Below, in pieces: positions 31,927 through 40,702 of a stretch of 64,000 nucleotides of DNA (position 1 is its first letter; every line of letters starts with the position of its first letter). Made by a program: the position numbers and the translations under genes. Source of the DNA: an uncultured beta proteobacterium (lineage in GTDB: Bacteria; Pseudomonadota; Gammaproteobacteria; Burkholderiales; Burkholderiaceae_E); assembly GCA_903934295.1 (NCBI GenBank), contig CAIZNI010000013.1, forward strand, positions 38,888 to 102,887. The letters are read 5' to 3'. The notes below the pieces were generated by a model. That model did no database searches, was not told the DNA's origin, and saw only the letters and a list, made by a program, of their open reading frames with translations.

Positions 31927-33117
31927 ATGAGCCGCCGCGCCGCGATCCTGGGGTACGGTGCGGTGCCGGTGGGCACCTATCAGCGGGCCACCGAGGGCGA
32001 CCCGGTGCTCGAGCACGAGCTGGCGGTCGACGTGGTGCTCCAGGCGATGGCGATGGCCGGCCTGGGGCGCAGCGACATCGAGGGCGTGGTGGTGGCGCAC
32101 CCCGGTGACCACACCCGGCAGGGCTACTTCCACACCTTCCTGACCGCGCATCTGGGCATCCGCGCCAGCGCGACCGTGATTCAGGTGCTGGGCAACGGCA
32201 TGACGGGCGGCCATGCCTTCGACACCGCGGTGCAGCAGGTCACCAGCGGGCAGGCCGACTGCGCGCTGTCGGTCGGTGTGCATTTCGAGACCGGCGTGCC
32301 GACCGCCCGCCACCTCGACTACAGCATCCGGCTGACTGGTGATGTCGACTTCCAGTCGATCTTCGGTGCGGTGCCGATCGCCTGGTACGCGATGGACGCG
32401 CAGCGCTATCTGCACGAGCACCGCGTCGCCCGGGCCACGCTCGCCTCGATCGCGGTCAAGAATCGCGCGCACGCGGTGGCCAATCCGCTCGCGCAGTTCC
32501 GCCAGCCGATCACGCTGGACGAGGTGCTCGGCGCGCGACCGATCGTCGAGCCCTTGGGTCTGCTGGAGGTGCCCGGGCGGGCCGACGGGGCGGTGGCCCT
32601 GGTCATTGTTTCCGAGGAGATCGCGCGCGCCAGCGGGCGTCCCCATGTGCTGGTGCGCGGGCGCGGGTTCGAGCATGAAGGCCTGCACCAGACCGCCGAC
32701 TGGCCCCGCGATTCGCTGGACTACGGCACGCTGCGCGCCGCGGGCGGGCGGGCGCTGGCACAGGCCGGTATCGCGCTCGCCGACGTCGGCAGCTTCCAGG
32801 TGTACGCACCCTGCACGATCGTCGAGGCGCTGGGCACCGAGGCGCTGGGGCTTTTTCCCAGAGGGCAGGGAGCCGACGGCGCGGCCGCCGGCGAGACCCG
32901 CTTCGATGGCCGCCATCCGGTCAATACCTGCGGCGGTTGCCTGTCGCGCGGCCATCCGCCCGAGGTCACCCCGTTGTACGACGTGGTCGAGGCGGTGATG
33001 CAGCTGACCGGCCGCGCCGACGGGCGCCAGGTCGCGCGGCGCGAATTCGCGATGACGGTCTGCGAACTGGGCAACTACAACGCGGCGCTGGTGCATGTGC
33101 TGGAGGGGCGGGCATGA
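31927..33117 (+). CDS. SCP2-type thiolase-fold protein lacking the canonical nucleophilic Cys
   Basis: IAVKNRAHAVANPLAQF, DGAVA, VNTCGGCLSRGHP. NGMTGG replaces NAC(A)SG. Confidence 0.82.
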   Translation: MSRRAAILGYGAVPVGTYQRATEGDPVLEHELAVDVVLQAMAMAGLGRSDIEGVVVAHPGDHTRQGYFHTFLTAHLGIRASATVIQVLGNGMTGGHAFDTAVQQVTSGQADCALSVGVHFETGVPTARHLDYSIRLTGDVDFQSIFGAVPIAWYAMDAQRYLHEHRVARATLASIAVKNRAHAVANPLAQFRQPITLDEVLGARPIVEPLGLLEVPGRADGAVALVIVSEEIARASGRPHVLVRGRGFEHEGLHQTADWPRDSLDYGTLRAAGGRALAQAGIALADVGSFQVYAPCTIVEALGTEALGLFPRGQGADGAAAGETRFDGRHPVNTCGGCLSRGHPPEVTPLYDVVEAVMQLTGRADGRQVARREFAMTVCELGNYNAALVHVLEGRA

Positions 33118-33218
33118 GCGGCGAGTCCGAGGTGCCGATGAGCGGCTTGCCCGCGGTGCCGATGAGCGGACTGTCCGCGGTGCCGATGATCGGCCTGCCG
33201 GAGGTGCCAATGAGCGGA
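33114..33218 (+). repeat. In-frame 24-bp tandem repeat (4 units plus a partial), each unit starting with ATG
   Basis: MSGESEVP/MSGLPAVP/MSGLSAVP/MIGLPEVP/MSG. Confidence 0.88.
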
Positions 33219-33656
33219 CCGCGGCCGTTTCCCCCGCGGGTGTCGGCGTTCACCCGGCCGTTCTGGGACGCGCTGGATCAGGGGCGGCTGATGACCACGC
33301 GGTGCGCCGGCTGCGCCACCGTCGGCTTTCCGCCGCGCAACCTGTGCCGGTCCTGCTGGGGTCGCGAGTTGCCCTGGATCCCGCTGGCGGGTCGCGGCAC
33401 GCTCTACAGCTTCACGCGGGTGCATGTCGCGCCGGGGGCCTTTCGTGGCGACACGCCGTATGCGATCGGCATCGTCGATCTGGCCGACGGCCCGCGGCTG
33501 ATGTGCCGGATGATCGGCGAGGTGTCGACTGCGGATCTGGACGGACCGGTCGAGATGGTGGTGCTGCGCTATGAGGACGGGCCGCTGTTCGGCGCACGTG
33601 TCCGGACCGGGGCGAGCGCACCGCCCGGGGCCCCGACCGACCGGACGCCGGCGTGA
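33114..33656 (+). CDS. DUF35 Zn-ribbon/OB-fold protein (thiolase partner)
   Basis: RPFWDAL, CAGC..PPRNLCRSC, GTLYSFT, PYAIGIVDL. ATGA overlap with the thiolase; alternative start at 33210. Confidence 0.9.
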   Translation: MSGESEVPMSGLPAVPMSGLSAVPMIGLPEVPMSGPRPFPPRVSAFTRPFWDALDQGRLMTTRCAGCATVGFPPRNLCRSCWGRELPWIPLAGRGTLYSFTRVHVAPGAFRGDTPYAIGIVDLADGPRLMCRMIGEVSTADLDGPVEMVVLRYEDGPLFGARVRTGASAPPGAPTDRTPA

Positions 33657-34249
33657 GGTCCCTGAGCTTCAGTCCGGCGGCCGAGCGCAACCGGGCGCCG
33701 ATCCTCGAGGCGCTGCAGCGTCTGCTGCCGCCCGAGTGCCGGGTGCTGGAGATTGCCAGCGGCACCGGCCAGCACGCGGCTCATTTTGGCGGCGCCCAGT
33801 CGCGGTGGGAATGGCAGCCCTCCGATCGGCCCGGGTCGGATTTCGAGTCGATCGATGCACGCTGCGCCGACCTGTCGGCGGTGCGCCCGGCCATTGCGCT
33901 GGATGTGCTGCAGGAGCCCTGGCCGGTCGCTGCTTCCTTCGATGCGGTCTATTGCGCCAACCTGCTGCACATCTCGCCCTGGGCGACCTGCCCGGCGCTG
34001 ATGCGCGGAGCCGCGGCCTGCCTGGCGCCGGGGGGTGTGCTGCTGGTGTACGGACCGTTCCTGATTGATGGCGCGCCGGTTGCGCCGGGCAATCAGGCCT
34101 TCGATGCCGATCTGCGCGCGCGGGATCCCGACTGGGGACTGCGTCGGCTCGCGGCGGTACAGGCGCAGGCCCAGGCTGCGGGCCTCGCGCCAGGCGAGGT
34201 GCTCAGCCTGCCGGCAAACAATTGTCTGGTGGTGTTCAGGGTCGGGTGA
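33653..34249 (+). CDS. DUF938-family class I SAM-dependent methyltransferase
   Basis: SPAAERNRAPIL, VLEIASGTGQHA, NLLHISPW, YGPF, NQAFDADLR, PANN. Confidence 0.9.
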   Translation: MRSLSFSPAAERNRAPILEALQRLLPPECRVLEIASGTGQHAAHFGGAQSRWEWQPSDRPGSDFESIDARCADLSAVRPAIALDVLQEPWPVAASFDAVYCANLLHISPWATCPALMRGAAACLAPGGVLLVYGPFLIDGAPVAPGNQAFDADLRARDPDWGLRRLAAVQAQAQAAGLAPGEVLSLPANNCLVVFRVG

Positions 34250-34280
34250 GGGTCAGGCGAGGGTCGGGTGAGGGACGGGA
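34239..34280 (+). repeat. 11-bp G-rich tandem repeat across the DUF938 stop codon
   Basis: gggtcgggtga/gggtcaggcga/gggtcgggtga/gggacggga. Confidence 0.75.
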
Positions 34281-34408
34281 GACGAAAACCGCCCCGTCCG
34301 GCGAGTCGCCGCGACCGGTCGTCGCCGCCCGCGCGCCGGGTCGCACGATTCCCCAGCAGGATGACGCTCGTGTCGTCATTCGATCCTTCCGATCGCGGGG
34401 AGCCTGTC

Positions 34409-34996
34409 TTGAGCAGCGGAATCGTCATTGCCCTTCTGGCCGCGCTGGCCTTCTGGCTGGTGAGCGTCTACAACGGCCTGGTCACCTTGCGCAACCGTTA
34501 CCGCAACGCGTTCGCGCAGATCGATGTGCAGCTCAAGCGCCGCCACGACCTGATCCCCAACCTCATCGAGACGGCCAAGGGCTTCATGGCGCACGAACGC
34601 GCCACTTTCGAAGCGGTGGTCCAGGCCCGCAACCGGGCGGTGCAGGCCGGCGCCGCCGCGAGCGCGCAGCCGGGCGACGCCAACGCCATGCAGGCGCTGG
34701 TGCAGGCCGAAAGCGCGCTCGGTGGGACGCTCGGACGGCTGTTCGCGCTGTCGGAGGCCTATCCGGAGCTGAAGTCCGACCAGAACATGCTCGGCCTCCA
34801 GGAAGAGCTCGGCAGCACCGAAAACCGCATCGCCTTTGCCCGGCAGGCCTTCAATGACGAGGTCACCGAATACAACACGCGCCGCGAGGTGTTCCCCGAC
34901 CGGCTGTTCACCGGCGTGTTCGGTTTCGAGCCCGCCAACCTGATGGCCGCCACCGAGTCTGCCGATGAACGTCAGCCGGTGAAGGTGAGCTTCTAG
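34409..34996 (+). CDS. lemA: LemA family protein
   Basis: N-terminal TM, YNGLV, QIDVQLKRRHDLIPNL, EAYPELK, TENRIAFARQAFND. TTG start after GGGAG (alternative ATG at 34361). Confidence 0.93.
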   Translation: MSSGIVIALLAALAFWLVSVYNGLVTLRNRYRNAFAQIDVQLKRRHDLIPNLIETAKGFMAHERATFEAVVQARNRAVQAGAAASAQPGDANAMQALVQAESALGGTLGRLFALSEAYPELKSDQNMLGLQEELGSTENRIAFARQAFNDEVTEYNTRREVFPDRLFTGVFGFEPANLMAATESADERQPVKVSF

Positions 34997-35024
34997 GTCC
35001 CTGGTTCTGTCGGAAGGGCGAGCG

Positions 35025-36191
35025 ATGAGCTTCACCGGTACGCAGGCGCGCGCGCGCCGTGTCAGCCGCCGGCTGATCCTTCTGCTCGTGCTCGGCCTGG
35101 TCGCGATGACGGTGACGACGGTCGTCGTGACGCTGCCGTTCCTGTTCTTCAGCTACCCCTTAGTGGTCAAAAACGTCAACGTCGCGTCCGATCTGGAACA
35201 GGCCGTCTTCCTGCTGGCGTGGATCGTGGGGGGCGCGCTGCTGCTGCCGTTGCTGGCGCTGCTGGCGAGCCTGCTCGAGGTCTGGCGTCTGTCCTCGGGG
35301 GGGCAGGTGGTGGCCGAGCGCATCGCTGCCCGTCGCGTGGCGCCCGACGCAGTCGATTCCCTGGAGCGGCGCCTGTTCAATGTGGTTCAGGAAATGTCGA
35401 TCGCCTCGGGTGTCCCGATGCCTTCGGTCTGGGTCATGGACGCGGAAGACGGGATCAACGCGTTCGTCGCCGGCCATGATGCCGGCGACTCGGTGATGGT
35501 GGTGACCCGTGGCGCGTTGCGCGCCCTGAATCGCGACGAACTGCAGGCCGTCATCGGTCACGAGTTCAGTCACCTGCTCAACGGTGACTGCCGGTTGAAC
35601 ATCCGGATGCTTGCCGCGCTCGCCGGTATCGAGTTTCTCGGCAAGGTATCTGTGATCTTTATCTGGCCCTTCTCCGAGGTCGAGGGCTCGCTGCGGCACA
35701 AGCTCGGGTTTTTCCTGTGGTGGTATGTCTTTATACCGGTGGGCTGGCTCTTCTTGCTGGCCGGGTTGCTGTTGTGGCAGGTCGGCGCGGTGGGGCGCTT
35801 TTTTGCCCGGCTGATCAAGGCGTCCTTGTCGCGTCAGCGGGAGTTTCTCGCTGACGCCTCCAGCGTGCAGTTCACCCGCAATCCGTTGGCCCTCGCGGGT
35901 GCGTTGGCGCGAATCGAGGCCAGCGGCCAGGGCACGCTGATCCGTCACCGGTACGCCGCTGCGATGTCGCACCTGTTCTTCGGTCAGGCGGTGACGGTCT
36001 GGTGGCGCTGGCTCTTCGCCACTCACCCGACGCTGGGCGAGCGAATCAGCCTTGCCTGCCCGGGTTTCGACGCGCAGGCCTATCTGCGGCAGCGCAGTGC
36101 CGACAGCCTCGGCGATCAGGCGGCGACGCGAAAGCCGATGTTGCCGGCTGAACTGTCCGGCGAATTCGAATGGCGCGCAGCCACCCGATAG
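35025..36191 (+). CDS. HtpX-like M48 membrane metalloprotease (LemA-associated), possibly C-terminally truncated
   Basis: NVVQEMSIASG, INAF, GHEFSH (HExxH), SRQREFLADA, ATHPTLGERI. The 3' 76 bp overlap the convergent FGE gene. Confidence 0.85.
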   Translation: MSFTGTQARARRVSRRLILLLVLGLVAMTVTTVVVTLPFLFFSYPLVVKNVNVASDLEQAVFLLAWIVGGALLLPLLALLASLLEVWRLSSGGQVVAERIAARRVAPDAVDSLERRLFNVVQEMSIASGVPMPSVWVMDAEDGINAFVAGHDAGDSVMVVTRGALRALNRDELQAVIGHEFSHLLNGDCRLNIRMLAALAGIEFLGKVSVIFIWPFSEVEGSLRHKLGFFLWWYVFIPVGWLFLLAGLLLWQVGAVGRFFARLIKASLSRQREFLADASSVQFTRNPLALAGALARIEASGQGTLIRHRYAAAMSHLFFGQAVTVWWRWLFATHPTLGERISLACPGFDAQAYLRQRSADSLGDQAATRKPMLPAELSGEFEWRAATR

Positions 36192-37096
36192 CGGTTGCAG
36201 TACGAGTCGTGGCACAGGAATGAGCCCCCGCGCATCGAGCGCCGGCCGGTGGGCTGGCTGAACAGCGGATCGCGGGCGGCGGTGGCCTGGTGATAGCGCG
36301 GGCTGTACCAGTCCTCGCACCATTCCCAGACGTTGCCGCACAGGTTGTACAGGCCGTACCCGTTGGGCTCGCCCGACAGGGCGGCGATCGGAGCGGGCGC
36401 CCAGCCCGGCGCTGGCGCGTTCGGAAACTCGCCGCGCCAGACCTGGCAGCGCGGCACGCCGTCGCGCATCAGTTCGTCGCCCCAGGCGAAGCGTTGCCCT
36501 TCCAGGCCGCCGCGCGCGGCGCACTCCCACTGGGCTTCGGTCGGCAGACGCACCTGTGCCCAGTCGCAGTAGGCCAGGGCATCGTTCCACGAGACATGCA
36601 CCACCGGATGGTCGGGCCGCTCGCGCAGGTGCGAGCCCGGGCCCTCGGGGCGCTGCCAGCAGGCATCTTCCACCGGTACCCACCACGGCAGGCCGGCAGC
36701 GACCTGCCGGGCTGCGTCGCGCGGCGCCTGTGCCAGTTGCCGGTAGAAGACGAACGAGCTCCCGTGACGTTCCGCGTCGGTGATGTAACGGGTCGCGCGC
36801 ACGAACTCGGCGAACTCGCGATTCGTCACGGTGGCTGGCGCGATGGCGAAGGCCGAGACCGACACCGGACGCGCCGGGCCTTCGCCATCGCCGGCGACCG
36901 CATCGCTGGCGTCGTTGCCCATCGTGAAGCGCGAGGCGGGGATCGGGACCAGACGGCTGCGCAGCGACCCTGCGGACGGGTTCGCCGGGTCGCTGTGCGG
37001 CGCTGCTGCACCGCGCGGGGACGAGGACGGCGGGCGCTCGGTGGCAGGGTTGCGCCTCGCAGCCGGCCCGTCGCCCTCCGGTGTGCAGCAGCTCAT
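36116..37096 (-). CDS. Formylglycine-generating enzyme (SUMF1/FGE)
   Basis: HPVVHVSWNDA, RLPTEAQWE, GNVWEW, RGGSFLCHDSYCNRYRVAAR (both catalytic Cys), GFR. Confidence 0.92.
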   Translation of the reverse strand: MSCCTPEGDGPAARRNPATERPPSSSPRGAAAPHSDPANPSAGSLRSRLVPIPASRFTMGNDASDAVAGDGEGPARPVSVSAFAIAPATVTNREFAEFVRATRYITDAERHGSSFVFYRQLAQAPRDAARQVAAGLPWWVPVEDACWQRPEGPGSHLRERPDHPVVHVSWNDALAYCDWAQVRLPTEAQWECAARGGLEGQRFAWGDELMRDGVPRCQVWRGEFPNAPAPGWAPAPIAALSGEPNGYGLYNLCGNVWEWCEDWYSPRYHQATAARDPLFSQPTGRRSMRGGSFLCHDSYCNRYRVAARHSNSPDSSAGNIGFRVAA

Positions 37097-37101
37097 CGCG
37101 G

Positions 37102-38730
37102 TCAGGTCTGGGGCTTTTCCCAGAAGGCGCGGGTGACGCCCTGGCCCTTCATCAGCTCGAGGATCTGCTCGCGCGGAATCACTCCGCAGCGCGCGGCCCA
37201 GGCGTCGTACTGCGCCGCCATGTCGGCCACCCGTTGCGGGTGTTGTGCCGCGATGTCGTGCAACTCGGTGCGATCGGCATCCAGGTCATAAAGTTCCCAG
37301 GCCTGAGGGTAGTTGCGCACCAGCTTCCACGGGCCGATGCGCACCGCGGCGTTGCCTTCGTGTTCCCAGAACATCGGCCCGCGTGCGGGCAGTTCACCGG
37401 TGAAGGCCGGGACCAGCGACTGGCCTTCCAGCGGCGCGATCGCGTGGCCGTCGAGCGTGGCCGGATACTCGGTGCCGGTCAGGTCGAGGACGGTCGCCAT
37501 GATGTCGGGCAGGTAGCCGGGCGTGTGCCGGATCGCGCCCTTGTCGGTGATGCCCTGAGGCCAGTGGACGATCAACGGCGTCGAGATGCCGCCTTCATGG
37601 ATCCAGTGCTTGTACAGGCGAAACGGTGTGTTCGACAGATTGGCCCAGGCCGGTCCGTAGCTCTGGTAGGTGTTTTCCGGCCCCGGCATGCGGTTGGTGT
37701 CGTTGCCGAAATGCACCGGCTCGCCGGTGCGGGTGTGCGAGCGCGCGATCATCAGCTTGTCGACCAGCTCGTCGATGGTCACGCCTTCGGGAATGTCTTC
37801 CGCGCAGGCACCGTTGTCGGCGAGGAAGAGAATGATGGTGTTCTCGAGCTGCCCGTTGCGGCGCAGCGATTCGACGATGCGCCCGATGCCCTGGTCCATC
37901 CGGTCGATCTGCGCCGCATAGACCTCCATGCAGCGCAGCAGCCACGCCTTGTGCTCGGCCTGGGTCCAGGGCGGCTGGCTGGGATCGCGCTCGGTCAGCT
38001 TCCAGGCGGGGTCGAGCAGTCCGGATTGCACCAGCTTCTCGAGCCGCTCGGTGCGCAGGTCGTCCCAGCCCTTGTCGAAGCGGCCCTTGTAGCGGGCGAT
38101 GTCGTCTTCATGCGCGTGCAGCGGCCAGTGCGGCGCGGTGTAGGCGACGTAGGTGAAGAAGGGCGTGTCGGGGGTTTTCTGCTGGTGCTGGTCGATGAAC
38201 GCCACCGCCTGATCGCTGATGGCATCGGTGTAGAAGAACGACGGGTCGGCCTTGGCCTCGTGCTCGATGTTCTCGTTGCCGCGGGTCAGCGTGTTGGGGT
38301 CGTAGAAGCTGCCGGCGCCGATGATCGTGCCGTAGAACTCGTCGAAGCCACGCTGCAGCGGCCAGGTGTCGGTGGGTCGGGTGAGGCTGCTCGCGACGTG
38401 CCACTTGCCGCTCATGTAGGTGCGGTAGCCGCTGGTCTTGAGCGCCTGCGCGATGGTCACGCAGCGGTGGTTCAGGTTGCCCGCATAGCCCTCGGGGCCG
38501 GAGTCGTAGGTGAGGATGCCGACGCCGGTCTGGTGCGGGTGCAGCCCGGTCAGCATCGAGGCACGCGAGGGGCTGCAGCGCGCGGTGTTGTAGAACTGCG
38601 AGAAGCGCAGTCCGTCGGCCGCGAGCCGATCGAGGTTGGGGGTGTCGATCTCGCCGCCGTAGCAGCCGATGTCGGAATACCCCATGTCGTCGTTCAGGAT
38701 CAGCACGACATTCGGCTTGTTGTTTTTCAT
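37102..38730 (-). CDS. Cys-type (formylglycine) arylsulfatase-family sulfatase, no signal peptide
   Basis: PNVVLILNDDMGYSD, CSPSR (CxPxR), GKWH, APHWPL, ADNG, HEGGI. Confidence 0.93.
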   Translation of the reverse strand: MKNNKPNVVLILNDDMGYSDIGCYGGEIDTPNLDRLAADGLRFSQFYNTARCSPSRASMLTGLHPHQTGVGILTYDSGPEGYAGNLNHRCVTIAQALKTSGYRTYMSGKWHVASSLTRPTDTWPLQRGFDEFYGTIIGAGSFYDPNTLTRGNENIEHEAKADPSFFYTDAISDQAVAFIDQHQQKTPDTPFFTYVAYTAPHWPLHAHEDDIARYKGRFDKGWDDLRTERLEKLVQSGLLDPAWKLTERDPSQPPWTQAEHKAWLLRCMEVYAAQIDRMDQGIGRIVESLRRNGQLENTIILFLADNGACAEDIPEGVTIDELVDKLMIARSHTRTGEPVHFGNDTNRMPGPENTYQSYGPAWANLSNTPFRLYKHWIHEGGISTPLIVHWPQGITDKGAIRHTPGYLPDIMATVLDLTGTEYPATLDGHAIAPLEGQSLVPAFTGELPARGPMFWEHEGNAAVRIGPWKLVRNYPQAWELYDLDADRTELHDIAAQHPQRVADMAAQYDAWAARCGVIPREQILELMKGQGVTRAFWEKPQT

Positions 38731-38761
38731 GGTGGTTGCCTGTCGGGTTTGCAAAGAAGGG

Positions 38762-39814
38762 TCAGAGCCGCTCGCCGGTGCCGCGGTCGAACAGGTGCGC
38801 GGCCTCGGGGGCGAAAGTCAGGAACACCGGCTGTCCTTCCTGGACGGCCGGCAGGCGCTCGCTCTTGAGCTTGAGCATTCGATCGTTGGCGATGAAGCTG
38901 ACGATGCAGCTGTCGCCGAGGTCTTCGACCCGCGCCACCTGCGCGGGCAGACCGTGATCGCCAATGCGCAGGTCGGCGGGCCGCACGCCCAGCGTCACCG
39001 CGCGCGCGCCGGCGCTGGCGCGGCCGACGGCGAGCGGATGCTCGGCCACGGTCACCGTGCCGTCCTGCCAGGCGCCTTCGAGCAGGTTCATCGGGGGCGT
39101 GCCGATGAAGCCGGCGACCGCCACGGTGTGCGGGGTGGCGAACACCTCGCGCGGCGTGCCTACCTGGACGATGCGCCCGTCCATGAACACCGCGATCCGG
39201 TCGGCCAGGGTCATCGCTTCCTCCTGGTCGTGGGTGACGTAGACGGTGGTCACCCCGAGCGCGCGCTGCAGCGCGTGCAACTCGAGCCGGGTTTCCAGAC
39301 GCAGCTTGGCGTCGAGGTTGGACAGCGGCTCGTCGAGCAGGAACAGGCGCGGCTGGCGAACGATCGCGCGCGCCAGCGCGCAGCGCTGCTGCTGCCCGCC
39401 GGACAGCTGGCCGGGCGTGCGGGCCAGCAGGTGGCCGATCCCGACCCGGTCGGCGGCCTGCGCGACCGCCTGCGCGATTGCGCTCGGTGTTGCGCCGACC
39501 ATCTTCAGCGGGAACCCGATGTTCTGCGCCACCGTCATGTGCGGATACAGCGCATAGCTCTGGAACACCATCGCGACATCGCGCGCACCGGGCTCCAGCG
39601 TGGTGACATCGAGCCCGTCCATGGCGACCCGGCCCGCGCTGACCGACTCGAGTCCGGCCAGGATGCGCAGCGTGGTCGTCTTGCCCGAGCCCGAGGGCCC
39701 CAGCAGCACGAAGAACTCGCCGGGTTCGATCGCCAGGTCGATGCCGTGCAGCACCGTGGTCACGCCATGGCGCTTGACCACGCCACCGAGTTCGATTCTT
39801 GCGGACGCGCTCAT
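38762..39814 (-). CDS. Carbohydrate (CUT1) ABC transporter ATPase
   Basis: [35 protein letters not shown]-terminal TOBE. Confidence 0.93.
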   Translation of the reverse strand: MSASARIELGGVVKRHGVTTVLHGIDLAIEPGEFFVLLGPSGSGKTTTLRILAGLESVSAGRVAMDGLDVTTLEPGARDVAMVFQSYALYPHMTVAQNIGFPLKMVGATPSAIAQAVAQAADRVGIGHLLARTPGQLSGGQQQRCALARAIVRQPRLFLLDEPLSNLDAKLRLETRLELHALQRALGVTTVYVTHDQEEAMTLADRIAVFMDGRIVQVGTPREVFATPHTVAVAGFIGTPPMNLLEGAWQDGTVTVAEHPLAVGRASAGARAVTLGVRPADLRIGDHGLPAQVARVEDLGDSCIVSFIANDRMLKLKSERLPAVQEGQPVFLTFAPEAAHLFDRGTGERL

Positions 39815-39892
39815 CGCCGTCCTCCGCCCTTGACGGCGCTCATCGCCGTCCTCCGCCCTTGACGGCGCTCATCGCCGTCCTCCGCCCTTGAC
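39807..39892 (-). repeat. Exact 29-bp tandem triplication of the permease-stop/RBS/ATPase-start junction
   Basis: gcgctcatcgccgtcctccgcccttgac(g) three times; TCAT (minus-strand ATGA) at 39811, 39840 and 39869. Confidence 0.93.
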
Positions 39893-40702
39893 CGCGCCCA
39901 CGGTGAGTCCTTTGACGATGTGTCGTTGTGCGAACAGGCCGATCAGGATGACCGGTGCCATCGCCACGATCGCGCCGGCGGCCAGCTTGGCCCACTGTGT
40001 CTGCTCGACCGAGATGAAATTGAACATCGCGACCGTGACCGGGCGCACCCGGTTGCCGCCCAGCACGACCGCGAACATGAATTCATTCCAGGCATTGAGA
40101 AACACGAAGACGGTGGTGACCGCGATGCCGCCGCGCACCTGTGGCAGCACCACGTACCAGAGCGCGCGCAGCCGTCCGGCCCGGTCGAGCAGCGCGGCCT
40201 CCTCCATCTCGAAGGCGATGTCCTCGAAGTAGGACACCATCAGCCAGATGGCGAACGGCAGCGAGAAGGTGAGATAGATCAGGGTCATGCCGGTGTAGGT
40301 GTCCAGCGCGCCGACCTTCTGCAGCGCGAGGTAGTAGGGAATGATCAGTCCCACCGGCGGCAGCATCTGGGTGGCCAGCACATAGAACCCGGAGGCCCGT
40401 TTGCCCGGATAGCGCAGCCGCGCCAGCGCGTAGGCGGCCGGTATCGCGAACAGCAGGGTGAGCACCGTGGCCGCGGTCGACACCACCAGGCTCGACCACA
40501 GGTTGGGCAGGATCGACGACGCGCCGAACAGCACCTCGCGGTAGTGGTCCAGCGTCGGGGTGAACACGAGCACCGGCGGGTAGGCCAGCACGTCGCGCTC
40601 GCTCTTGAACGAGGTGAGCAGCGCCCAGATGACCGGGAACGCCCACACCGACAGGCCCACGCCCGCCACCGCCGCCAGGGCGATTCGTCGGGTGGCGATC
40701 AT
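39869..40702 (-). CDS. Carbohydrate ABC transporter permease (MalG-like)
   Basis: EAA loop EEAALLDRAG, AWNEF, GLTVGAVKG. Confidence 0.92.
   Translation of the reverse strand: MIATRRIALAAVAGVGLSVWAFPVIWALLTSFKSERDVLAYPPVLVFTPTLDHYREVLFGASSILPNLWSSLVVSTAATVLTLLFAIPAAYALARLRYPGKRASGFYVLATQMLPPVGLIIPYYLALQKVGALDTYTGMTLIYLTFSLPFAIWLMVSYFEDIAFEMEEAALLDRAGRLRALWYVVLPQVRGGIAVTTVFVFLNAWNEFMFAVVLGGNRVRPVTVAMFNFISVEQTQWAKLAAGAIVAMAPVILIGLFAQRHIVKGLTVGAVKGGGRR

Noticed and set aside
39807..39892. 29-bp repeats as a possible CRISPR array or attR of tRNA-Ser
   Set aside because: The units are contiguous with no spacers and no cas genes are present. The resemblance to the tRNA 3' end (CCTCCGCC) is only 8 bp and is explained by the GGAGG RBS and Gly codons.
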